Positions 52,703-64,000 of a DNA stretch of 64,000 nucleotides are shown piece by piece (position 1 is the stretch's first letter; every line of letters starts with the position of its first letter). The translations under genes and the position numbers were made by a program. The DNA is from Chiloscyllium plagiosum (lineage: Eukaryota), in contig NC_057718.1 of the NCBI RefSeq assembly GCF_004010195.1, positions 61,618,136 to 61,682,135 of the forward strand. The letters run 5' to 3'. The notes beneath the pieces were generated by a model that worked only from the letters and a program-made list of their open reading frames with translations, ran no database searches and was not told the origin of the DNA.

Positions 52703-53519
52703 CCTGGCCTCTGCTACAAAAACTACTGGTGAAAATAAACAAATTCTCAACACCCATCCCCTGTTGCTATTATACTGAAAATTATACAAAAAAAAGTCAC
52801 AAATTGTTTTAAGAATCATTTCTATTCATATTTAGTTTAGATTCTTTATCATAAATGCTAGTTCAGAATTATCTTGCCTTTTGTCAATAATAGATGATGG
52901 GCTGATCCTTATGTTATTTTGACAAAGTGTAAACTGTGTTGGGTTTTTTGGAGAGATTCCTGTCACGAAGTCAAGTGCATTTTCTCACCATATCTCAGCA
53001 AACACATCTCATTAACCACCTATTGCATCTCAACGGCATCCCACACATCCAAATCTAGCTCCATCTTACCATGTGCCATCCCCAGAATAACTCATCACAC
53101 AGTAGATATCTGCCCAAAGACTGGCATTCCTTGCATCTCTGCCAGCTTTGAGCCACAAATTCATGGTATCCGTGGTTCATAGATGATATTCATGACACTC
53201 GTTCACATATGCAATCCCATCCTCTCACCCTGGTCACTGTTTAATGATGAGACCACACAACTTACCTGTCCATACCTACATCCCTTCTAAACACCCTCTC
53301 TGAGTCCCAACACTCCTGATGTTGAGTGGTTACTCACATCTTGTTAGTGTCCAGTAGGAGACTATCACACGCAGGCAAGCAATTGGACTCGTTCAGATAT
53401 GACTTTTTATTGAAGCCAGCAAAAGGGAGCACAAAGGAAATGAATATGGCCTGCAGTTCAACCTGAGGATGTAAACCAAATGTGCTCTTGGCAATTCTTG
53501 ATGGTCTTCTGCAGCCAGC

Positions 53520-53720
53520 TCATACCGACAGGAACCTGGGGTCAGTCGGGTCCTGTCTGCCTTGTACGGCCTGATGCAGCTGAGCTCTGTCATCCACAAG
53601 GAGAGCTTCTTCCACATCAATGTCCTCATCTTTCTTCTCAAACAGGTCATCTCATTCCACCAGCTCCTCTATCACATCGCCTTATTGCTTGCTTCACTTG
53701 TGCAGAGCACAGCACCAGTC
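53520..53720 (-). pseudogene. Possible Harbinger transposase C-terminal remnant
   Basis: CCALHK*..GDVIEEL..DEDIDVEE..QGRQ..RF resembles the CCxLHN plus acidic tail of Harbinger transposases. Confidence 0.45.
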
Positions 53721-56214
53721 TGTCTGGATCCACTTTCTTTTGCATTCATTCAAGTCCATCATCATATTTATATAATGTGTGATGCTGTGATGTTCCCCTC
53801 ATCCCACAACATCATTGAAGAGTTCTTTAGGTATTAGGCTGCTTCTGTCCAACATTAACCTCCTTTTTATGTTATTGCCACTAAGTTCTGCATCACTGAG
53901 ATGACAATGTTACATTAACCAGCACCAAAGGCATGGTGGAATCTACCTTTGATTGACATTTAATGCATAAGCACATGCACTTTGCATTGTAAATGTGTGA
54001 AAAAATGTTCATAAATGAAATGTTGTGAAGTTCGTGTCTTTGGTTCTTCACTGTCCTATGGTCCAGCAAAGGTGGATCCTGCACTCTTGTCCATCAAATT
54101 GACACTGGCACCTCCCACCCTGGGCACTGTCCCAGCCATTGTTCAGCTGCTTTGCGCAGCCAGAGAATGGTCAGTGATGGCAGGAAAGGCATTTTGAGCT
54201 GGATACCAGCGAACTCTGCCCGGTTATCAGGTACGTCCCCAGAGCGTCCAACTCTCCTTTTACCTCACAGTACCCCAACAGCCCATTTCCACCCATCCCC
54301 CAATGGCAGTCATCACATTGAACACTACCTCCAGCTTCCTCCCTGCCCCCTGAATCCCAACTTTAAACCTTAATGATACTCACCCTGCTCCACTATGCTC
54401 CATCTGAGGAGGGAGCAGTGGATGTCATTGTCTCTCACCTCCCCCTCCTGCAGCCTACAAGGCCCTTATGTTGTTCCGCATAACCCCAGACAACTTGAAT
54501 TTTCCTCAGCACCACCCTTCCCACCTCCAAAAATGCCTCTGCTTTCCCTTCCACAGTGTTAAGCACCCTCCACCACTTTTGGACATGTTCCCTCCTCGGC
54601 CCCTAAACGCATCCCTTCAATCTCCTTTAATAACTGAAAAACAGAACTCCAAGACCCCAAACTGACTTTGACAACAAGCCCATAGACAGGACTGACCTGA
54701 CCCCTGACCACAGACTTTGCAGCTCCCCAACTGATGAAACATGATTCCCCTGACTGCCACTAGTCTTATTAGACAGACAGCTGCCCACTCCCTGGATGGC
54801 ATGGGGATAGATCCCCTGATGGTGATTGCTCCAAATGGATGACTGATTGTGCCCATGACTGATACCAGGTCCCCCTGACTGAGATCACTCCTCCCCCAGA
54901 CTGAACTGAGGACAAATCCCCACTCAGTGTCCAACATGGCCGCTTGGTTGAATGCACATATGTGCTGGTCGCGCAAACAGTTAGCACATAATGTTTCACT
55001 GTGCCATGCAGCAAGATTTCTGTGCCCACCCCTCCCCAATAGGTCCCTATTGACAAGCAGCCTGACTATGTGACTGCACAAAAGAGCTCATCAATATAGC
55101 AGCACTGATAGTCTTTGACTGATGTACCCCAAAGCACTGACTGGCATGACATGGCACAGCAGGCAGGATTTGGCATAGATGCTGTGAGCATGCAGGGGGC
55201 CCTAACTGAGCAAGCAACCCTAAGACACAGCCTAGTCCAACCACAGAGTTGGGTGTATCCATGATTGCAAAATATCGTGGCAGAAGCCTCTCAGTGCCAG
55301 CCGCCAGTGTCCCTGCAACATATGTCTATGCTTCCTCGGTAGCTTCAAAAGTGAATTGGAGAGGTACCATGTTGGTTGTGAGCAGTTGACAAGTACCAAT
55401 GTCCATAGGTAAGGGTGCATGAAGCTAGTTCCCATGGCCCTGAGGTGATGCTTGATGCTGGGTAACATGGAGATAGATTGGGACAGCAGGAAGAGAGAAC
55501 GTTGGTGGGGGGGGGAGGGTGAGGGAGGGGTAGGGAGGTGGGGAAGAGAGATGGCAGGGACTGGGAAGAGGGAGGGACACTGGAATCCGGGAGGGAGCCA
55601 GAGAGGATTGGGTGGGGAAAACAATGGTGGGGGATTGCAGAAGGTGACAGGGAGGGAGAGGACTTCCTGGCATATGGACCCTCCTTGCGCCACCCCATCC
55701 CAGGATTGCTGTCTCTTTGTCATCCCTCAAGCCTCTGGGTCCTTTTCCCTTCAGACTCCAGGGGAGTCCCCATACCATGTCCCTTCTCCTCACCACTGAA
55801 GCCCAGTTCAAAAATGTGTGCACTTCCCTGCACATGTACAATAATGCATTTGTGCCTGATATCATATGGAATGTCTGCATGATGATATCAGTGTGTGAAA
55901 GTTTGTTTTTGGTAATGAGCACACATGCGCAGTTGGCTGCAGTTGGCAGTGTCAGTAAACACTGCCTAGTTTTTATTGTTGTGTTTTGTAATTTCTTTGC
56001 TTTCTCATAGTGGCTGTTTGTCAATCATTCATTCATATATTATTTCGAGACCTTTTTTGTTTCTTTACTTGTTCTATTACCATACCCTTGACCTTGCACC
56101 AATCCTTTTGTCATTTAATCTGCCGTGCTTCACAGCTGTCACACACCTTCCCTTTTACTCTTTTTTTTCATCCTCGGCATTTCATTTGTTTAAAATTCAT
56201 ACATTTCCCCCCAT

Positions 56215-56465
56215 GTCTGAGTGGGTTTCCTTCGGGTGCTCCAGTTTCCTCCCACAATCCAAAGATGTGTAGGTTAGGTGAATTGGTCATGCTCAATTGC
56301 CCATAGTGTTCAGGCTTGTGTAGGTTAGATGCATTAGTCAGGGGGAAACGTCGAGTAATAGGGTAGGGGAATGAGTCTGAGTGGGTTACTCTTCAGAGGG
56401 TCAGTGTGGACTTGTTGGGCCAAATGGCCTGTTTCCACACTATAGGGATTCTATGATTCGATGAT
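56215..56465 (+). mobile_element. 5'-truncated HE1-like SINE nested in an old pLTR
   Basis: V-domain and tail present. Host pLTR sequence continues on both sides (about 56040-56210 and 56466-56580). Confidence 0.85.
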
Positions 56466-56813
56466 TTCTAACTTGCCCTACCTGTGATGAAAGGTCATTG
56501 ACCTGAAGCATTTATTGTTGTTCCACTCCCCCGTGGTACTGCCTGTTTGATATTTCCAGCATTTTCTCTTTTTGCTGTTTTTTGCAACCAGTTGGCAATC
56601 AAACCTTTGAAGGTTCATAATATTCTCTTCTTGTCTTTCAATATTGGCTTTTTCACCTGAATAAATCTGCATCAAATCCCCAATATTATCACATTTGTAC
56701 ACTTAAACTGGTAACAGAAGAAAATCAAAATGTCAGAAAACCCAGTTAGAAAGGAGTAGACGCCAATAGCACTAGTGTCTGTGGCAACATTAGGCAGTTT
56801 CATTTTTAAAGAG

Positions 56814-57724
56814 GAGAAAGTGAGGACTGCAGATGCTGGAGATCAGAGCTGAAAATGTGATGCTGGAAAAGCGCAGCAGGTCAGTCAGCATCCAAGGAAC
56901 AGGAGAATCGACGTTTCGGGCATGAGCCCTTCTTCAGGAATGAGGAAAGTGTGTCCAGCAGGCTAAGATAAAAGGTAGGGAGGAGGGACTTGGGGGAGGG
57001 GCTTTGGAAATGCGATAGGTGGAGGGAGGTCAAGGTGAGGGTGATAGGCCAGAGTGGNNNNNNNNNNNNNNNNNNNNNNNNNNNNNNNNNNNNNNNNNNN
57101 NNNNNNNNNNNNNNNNNNNNNNNNNNNNNNNNNNNNNNNNNNNNNNNNNNNNNNNNNNNNNNNNNNNNNNNNNNNNNNNNNNNNNNNNNNNNNNNNNNNN
57201 NNNNNNNNNNNNNNNNNNNNNNNNNNNNNNNNNNNNNNNNNNNNNNNNNNNNNNNNNNNNNNNNNNNNNNNNNNNNNNNNNNNNNNNNNNNNNNNNNNNN
57301 NNNNNNNNNNNNNNNNNNNNNNNNNNNNNNNNNNNNNNNNNNNNNNNNNNNNNNNNNNNNNNNNNNNNNNNNNNNNNNNNNNNNNNNNNNNNNNNNNNNN
57401 NNNNNNNNNNNNNNNNNNNNNNNNNNNNNNNNNNNNNNNNNNNNNNNNNNNNNNNNNNNNNNNNNNCCACCTTCCTAACCTGCAATCTTCTTCCTGACCT
57501 CACCGCGCCCACCCCCACTCTGGCCTATCACCCTCACCTTGACCTCCCTCCACCTATCACATTTCCAACGCCCCTCGCCCAAGTCCCTCCTCCCTACCTT
57601 TTATCTTAGCTTGCTGGACACACTTTCCTCATTCCTGAAGAAGGGGTCATGCCATAAACATCGATTTTCCTGCTCCTTAGATGCTGCCTGACCTGCTGCG
57701 CTTTTCCAGCAACACATTTTCAGC
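56814..57724. mobile_element. PLE with inverted pLTRs and 15 bp TSD (interior is a gap, 57058-57466)
   Basis: TTCATTTTTAAAGAG at 56799-56813 and 57725-57739. About 56847-57057 is the inverse of about 57515-57724. Confidence 0.9.
56906..56941 (-). ncRNA. Minimal hammerhead motif, intact core
   Basis: Reverse complement reads attc-CTGAAGA-a-gggc-tcat-gccc-GAAA-CG-TC-gatt. Confidence 0.7.
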
Positions 57725-57809
57725 TTCATTTTTAAAGAGCCAAAACTTCCTTATGAGCTTTACATTCAGGGCAAATTTGAATTAATGTGAAATCTGATTT
57801 TAAAATCAA

Positions 57810-58390
57810 TGTAAAAAGTAGAAAAGTTTTGTTAAAACTGCACAAAGCACTAGTCAGACCACAGCTGGAATACTGCGCACAGTTTTGGACCCTTATCAAA
57901 GGGAGGATATATTGGCATTGGAGGCAATCTAGAGAAGGTTCATTAAGCTGATACCGGGTATGGAGGAATGTCTAATGACGAGAGGTTGAGTAGATTGGGC
58001 ATGTACTTGTCGGAATATGGAAGATTGAAAGGTGACCTTATTGAAATATATGAAATTCTTAGGGGACTTGACAGGGTAGATGTGGAGGGGTTGTCTCCCC
58101 TTGTGGGGGAGCCTAGGATCAGAGGTCATCATCTCAAAATAAAGGGTCGCATATATGACGCAGAGAAGGGGGACTTCTTTTTTCAGAAGGTAGTGAATCT
58201 GTGGAATTCTTTACCACAAAGGGCTGGTGAGGTATATTCAAGGCTGAGATAGCCATATTTTTAATCAAGGCTTATGGAGAAAATGCAGGAAAATTGAATT
58301 GAGAATGATCCAATCAGCCATGACCTCATTGAATGATGGGCAGTCTCGATGGGCTGAATGGCCAACTTCTGCACCAACTTCTTATTGCTG
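57810..58390 (+). mobile_element. CR1 RT C-terminus and 3' UTR
   Basis: KALVRPQLEYCAQFW and ERLSRLGMYLSEYGRLKGDLIEIYEILRGLDRVD. Confidence 0.88.
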
Positions 58391-58404
58391 TAAATATTTT
58401 TCAA

Positions 58405-58978
58405 GTTGGTTAGCTCAGTTGGCTAGAGAGTTGGTGTCAAGAGTATGTGGTCCTGAAAAAGCACAGCAGGTCATGCAGAATCTAAGAAGCAGGAAGAGCT
58501 GGTGAGTGATGTCCCCAGCATGTGTTCAATTCCTGTACTAGCTAAGGTTACTCTCCCTCTGAATCCCACCCCTCACCCGAGGCATGGTGGCCCTCAGATT
58601 ATAATAGATTAGATTACTTACAGTGTGGAAACAGGCCCTTCAGCCCAACAAGTCCACACCAATCCTCCAAAGAGCAACCCACCCAGACCCATTCCTCTAC
58701 ATTTACCCCTTCATCTAACACTACGGGCAATTTAACATGGCCAATTCACCTAACCTGCACATCTTTGGACTGTGGCAGGAAACCGGAGCACCCAAAGGAA
58801 ACCCACAGAGACACAGGGAGAATCTGCAAACTCCACACAGATAGTTGCCCGAGGCGGGAATTGAACCCAGTTCTCTGGCGCTGTGAGATAGCAGTGCTAA
58901 CTATTGTGCCCCGTGCCACCTGGATAGACCAGTCATCTCTCTCTAATGCAAGAGTATGACCATGGTGATTTTACTTAT
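58405..58978 (+). mobile_element. Second tRNA-derived SINE family, split by a pLTR piece and an HE1 SINE
   Basis: A box TAGCTCAGTTGG near 58411 and B-box-like GTTCAATTCC near 58524. The body resumes at about 58928. Confidence 0.5.
58605..58920 (-). mobile_element. HE1-like SINE, full length
   Basis: Reverse complement shows a tRNA head with GGTTCAATTCC, the V-domain and a (TCTAA)n tail. Confidence 0.9.
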
Positions 58979-59354
58979 TTAAATAGCTAATTAGACCAAA
59001 AAGCATTTTGCAAGTGGATGTGTATCTAATTCAGCTGGTGTAACTTTGAACTTTCAATGCCTCCAACTGGTTAGTTGTCATAGTTCAGGTTTGCTCCAGT
59101 AGAATTCAATAAAACTCAGTGTAGACTGAAAATTCCTGAACAGTCAGAATCTCGGTTGAGACCCAGCTTTGGAACTCCAAAGCTCAGCAGGGTGGAATAT
59201 TCCAGGATCTCGACAGCATCACCTCCACAAGGATTCACAATTGCAGATGTGGAACCATAAGGAGTTGCTAAGGGGGAGCCAAGTGTTGACCTCACAAAGG
59301 GCAGACAGATGAAAGGGATAACGTGTCAGCCATTCTAACATACTTTACCACCTG

Positions 59355-59670
59355 GTCTGTGTGGGTTTCCTCCGGGTGCTCCAGTTTCCTCCCACAATCC
59401 AAAGATGTGTAGGTTAGGTGAATTGGTCATGCTCAATTGCCCATAGTGTTCAGGCTTGTGTAGGTTAGATGCATTAGTCAGGGTTAAACGTCGAGTAATA
59501 GGGTAGGGGAATGAGTCTGAATGGGTTACTCTTCAGAGGGTCAGTGTGGACTTGTTGGGCCAAATGGCCTGTTTCCACACTATAGGGATTCTATGATTCG
59601 ATGATTTCTAACTTGCCCTACCTGTGATGAAAGGTCATTGACCTGAAGCATTTATTGCTGTTCCACTCCC
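59355..59670 (+). repeat. 316 bp local duplicate of 56215-56530
   Basis: Ungapped alignment with 6 substitutions by my count, including about 65 bp of non-SINE flank. Confidence 0.92.
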
Positions 59671-60154
59671 TCTTGGTGGACTGATCACAGAGGTTTTACC
59701 TGTCCTCTTGGAGAGAAATAAGGTGTCATGTTGACAAAATTGGAAAATAACCTGTCAATCAAACCACTGTAAGGGAAGAAAATGGATACCATCCTTACCC
59801 AGAGATCTAGACCTGGAATTCAAGTTCAGTATGTTACAAGATTTCAGTGAATCTCTATTTATTCTGGTTCCTTCACTAAATTACATTTCCAGATAGATTT
59901 AAGTGGAACTTATTGCAGATTCACAGATGGCTAAGGCAACCAAATATTATCTGTACACAAACACTAGAAAGTGGAGCATGGGATCAGAGGCTTCAGCTAA
60001 ATCTTAGGATGACATTTGTCAGAAGGTGTGCGAGAATGAAACCACCGATGCAATGGATCCATCATATTAACCAACACAGGCTGCTTCATATTCAGGTCTG
60101 TTGAAAAGTAATGGAGGCAGTCCCATGGGCATAAAGGTAAAATGATGATGTCAA

Positions 60155-60465
60155 AAAAACTGAAATTAAAGCAACGTAGGCTGGAAACACTCAGCAAATC
60201 CGACAGCATCTCGAGTGAGAAAAACCGAGTTAACATTTCACGTCATGACCGTTCATCAGATCCTTATTCCCACAGATGGTGTGCGTGCGTAAAAGCACAA
60301 ATTGTTGGAGAAGCTCAGCAGGTTTGGCAGCATCTTTTTGAAGGGTCACTGGAGCCAAAATGTTAACTCTGCTTTCTCTCCACAGGTGCTGCTAGATCTG
60401 CTAAGTTTCTACAGCAATTTCTGGCTTTATTTCAGATTTCCAGCATCCGCAGTTCTTCAGTTTTA
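60155..60465. mobile_element. Two adjacent pLTR-derived units: solo minus copy 60155-60260 and fold-back 60291-60465
   Basis: Reverse complement gives t-CTGATGA-acggtcatgacgt-GAAATGTT-aac ending at 60260. The second unit has inverted arms and a CCAGCATCCGCAG tail. Confidence 0.7.
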
Positions 60466-63400
60466 TTGTTTAGTGCACTATTGCAAGGGATGTTAAATCA
60501 TTTAAAATAAATCAGGTGAGAGAAGAAGAAAAAGTATGCACAGAGTCATAGTGCAAACAACTTATGAATTTGTAAGTGAGCAAAGGTCTCAGCTTAATCT
60601 ACAATCTTGCAGCTACATAATACAACAAATCTTTAACTTGCATTAGAAACTGCTCCATAATATTACAATTCATATACAGACATCAAACTCCGTTTTACTC
60701 CATTACTATTTTATTGCATTCAACAATAGGAAAGTAAAATCACTTTTTTTTTCCCAGATGCTACTTGTTAGAAAATAGGTCAGTTGAAAGCCACAAAGAA
60801 AAGCAACATTTGAAGGTTAACCTAAATGATTTCAGTAGCTGAATGTGCACCAGATGAATACAAACTGGCATCAATCACTTTCAAATTCAGAGACACAGGA
60901 CAATGGGGCTTAAAGAGAATTGCTTGCAATGTCAGCTTTGGAAAGGAAAGTGTTAACCCAGTAGCTCTGCAGAAGTGCCTTATTGGGAAAAAAAAACTCT
61001 TTCCAGCTGAAATAGCAGCATTAGGGCGAAGAAGGAAAGAAAAAAATTGGAGATTAAGGTAACAGGTAGAAGTGTGGCGAATCCCTCAGAGCTCCTGTTG
61101 GAAGCTGGGAGATTGGGAGAATCATCCCAGCGGGGAGCTAATACTCATCATCCCAAGCTGCAGCTGAGTCCTGCGTGACTGACAAGCAGCTAGTACCTGA
61201 AAGAGCCATTGATATCTCACAATTGCTGGCATGTAGAGCTGAAAGATTTATGGCAGGATAATTAGCTGGGAGTATTGAGTGGCAGAAAAGATCAGCAATT
61301 AATGTTTAGCAAACAGAAAGAGGGATAAACTAACAGAAGTAATCTCAGATCCATGTTTGTTTGTTTGTCTTTGCAAAAGTACAAAGTCATTTTAAAAAGG
61401 AATGCCTAATGCAAGTTTATAATGCAGAAAGTGAATGTAAGAGCCTGAACAGGTGTCTATAGCTGGCAAAATAGAGAATGTGGATTGAGTCAAGATATAA
61501 AGGTAGAGGTCATTAACATCTTCAGCCATTAACAACAATGAAAGGGTACTTACCACAGAGCTGGACAACTATGCAGGTGCATTCAAATACTAAGGGAAAA
61601 TAAATAAGATACTGAATGGCTGTACAAAGCCACTGCTTGTGCTATTGATTCACTCGGCCAGCTGATGGTACTATGAGGCTTTTTCTATTCATTTCCAGAA
61701 GGTACATCTTTCTCCAAGTAGAATTGTCTTTGATTTAAACAGTTTTGTTTTCCATGAAATTGAATCCAGCTTAGGCACAGCTGTCAGGCTTTGCAGCCTG
61801 TCCTACCCATGGAGACTGCCTTTACTATTGAATAAATGAAACAAGTACAATATGTCCCAAACATGATTTTTGATCAGTCATATTTAAAATTTGTTAATAT
61901 TCACTTTTTCGATTGTATATTTAATTAATTAGGTTTCAGCTAGTCAGGGAAATATGTATAGCACAGTTTTCTATATTTGTAGCATTGTATAAGTTAGATT
62001 AATTTAATGCTTTAAGGAGTGACGCACAATTTCATCACTAAATAACAAATGATTTCCACCACTTGTTAGAATAGCATGCAGTAGGAATACACCTGGGGGT
62101 GGGGGGAACATTTCTAATTCTCCATTCAACCCTCACTGTCCCTTCAAAAATGGTGAGATATATTTAAACATTTTTGTAGTTATTAAAATGTTCTTACATT
62201 TTTAAACAACTCAGATCTGAAGCATTGTTTGCATCATAGCTATTTTGGAGTTTTGTCAGAACTGTCAATAATCGTTCTGAATGACTCAGTTACTTGTTAG
62301 TGATAAAATCACCAACAAATACACAAGGACAGTTTTAAAAAGGAGAGTAGAGAGGTAAAAGATTGCCATAGTTGGAACATGTGAGAAATTACAAGCATAT
62401 TTTAGGATATATTACCAGGATATGCAGGGCAAAGGAAAACAATTCTCGTTGAAAGATACTCTAAAGAAAACAGAAAATAGTAGCCTTTATCTGTGTTAGC
62501 ATATTGTGGCAAAAGTGATTGCTTTCTGGTATAGGTCAAATTCAGAGAAATTTCAAAATCTTTATTTGCCGGTTTTGAATGATTATTTTAGTAAACTTCA
62601 AGTGTTTCTTTGAAGAAACTACAAATGATGTTTGCGAGCTAGCTCAATCACTCTAAAATGAGAGTTATATAGCTTTGCTTGCTTAATTATAGCCAAGACA
62701 CTTCAATCATTTTTAATTTAAAAAATTATCCTTGCAAGATAACTAATTTGTAAAGCAACACATGAACTAAAAGTAAATGAAATATTAGATTTTGTACAGT
62801 AATTCAATTAGAGTTCTATTCTGGTAGATTTCTCTTAAGATTAAAATTCCACCATGATGAACTTTATGATAAGTAGGTGGATATTGTCTATTTTAACTGT
62901 TGTCTTAATAATTGCCTAAACAGATAATGTAGTCAATAATGTTTATTCAAAATAATATTTTAATTAAGTAAGTAGTGCGTTATATCTTCACTGTTTTCAA
63001 TTATGAAGTTTGATGATTAACATAGTGAAGCCTCATTCTAAAGAGTACATTTAATATCATGGACTAAATGGACAAACTGCTATATAAAAGTGACAAGAAT
63101 GGTCAACCCTGCTTCTACAGCTCCAAACTCCCTATGGTACATGTAGTTTCTATCCATGTGCCAATGTGTGAAGCAACAGAACTGAGCCTTGTATCTAGAT
63201 AAGCAATTACCAGACTAAATCAAACAATTAATATTGTTTGTCTTAGTGTCAATTATAGCCCTTTCAGTCTAAGGAAGATATTATAACCAAAAAAGACAAT
63301 TTAGCCAGACTCTGTAGCTGTTCTCAGCTCCAAGAGGTTTCAGAGGGAGAAACGTTCTTCAATTATACTGTTGATATAAAACAGAATGGTAAATCAAGAT

Positions 63401-64000
63401 TTATAACAAAACAAAAGTACAGGAGATTGCTGAGAAATGTGGATGTTATGTTGAAATGATGGTGAAACAGAATCTATGTTGCCACAGCATATGAACCAAT
63501 GATGAATAAGATAAATAGACATTCTGCAGGTTTGCATAGCCTTTTCTTAACAGATTAAATGTGTTAGGAGCAGTTTGTGCAGAGTACATCGCGTATAGTG
63601 TCAGGAAGGAAAGGAAATGATCCTATTCTAGAAACCTTTGCTTGTTATTATTTTCTTTATTTGAGGTGTTCAAGAGGACATTGAGTGGTTTCATGGATAG
63701 TAATCATGTGCAGTGATATGCAGAAAAGATAGGAGATTTACACTATATAATAGAGCCAGATTGGATAATAGAACTAGTGCAAGTTTGATGGGTCAACTGG
63801 CCTCCTCCTGCACTATAATAATTCTGTGATAAACATTGACATGTTATGCTGACCAGAAATTCTAATTAACATCACGAACTAGAATACTAATTATGTAGTA
63901 TTGTATACTTGCATTGTTATGTCTGACTCTTGTTTGACTTGAACAATTTTCATTATCTCAATTCATGGAACCTTTTAATGGAAAATTTTGAATATCGTGG

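Noticed and set aside
55232..56024. Overlapping 114-199 aa ORFs
   Set aside because: Low-complexity G-rich/C-rich sequence depleted of stops. Only a faint resemblance to a Harbinger Myb-like partner, which I cannot support.
56990..57609. Long ORFs of 147-196 aa
   Set aside because: Artefacts of translating through the N gap at 57058-57466. The same applies to ORFs crossing 17947-18013 and 29152-29215.
9830..60465. Recurring short palindromic repeats as a CRISPR-like array
   Set aside because: They are dispersed, occur in both orientations, have TSDs and show no regular spacers or cas genes. They are PLE pLTR pieces.

Overview
Vertebrate genomic DNA, very probably from a shark or other cartilaginous fish. 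This is inferred from HE1-type V-SINEs, Deu-domain SINEs, and CR1, Tx1, Rex1-type, Penelope-like and Harbinger repeats. I find no convincing host protein-coding exon, intact RNA gene or CRISPR array. All recognisable ORFs are fragments of decayed transposons, so the window looks intronic or intergenic, with three assembly gaps. The dominant signal is a dense set of Penelope-like element (PLE) insertions from several families (Neptune-like and Poseidon-like). Their pseudo-LTRs carry minimal hammerhead-ribozyme motifs (CUGANGA-stem II-GAAA-NN-UH) whose helix III has no loop. Many copies are tiny non-coding units of about 125-230 bp with 11-17 bp target-site duplications. These are either solo or fold-back units, their 5' boundary or inversion point sits at the hammerhead, and only one arm carries a 30-38 nt tail. 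Other points of interest are a TSD-bounded PLE carrying foreign DNA, a 316 bp local duplication, a decayed Harbinger transposase and repeat-poor islands with enhancer-like motif clusters. Repeat family names come from recalled motif similarity, not from database searches.
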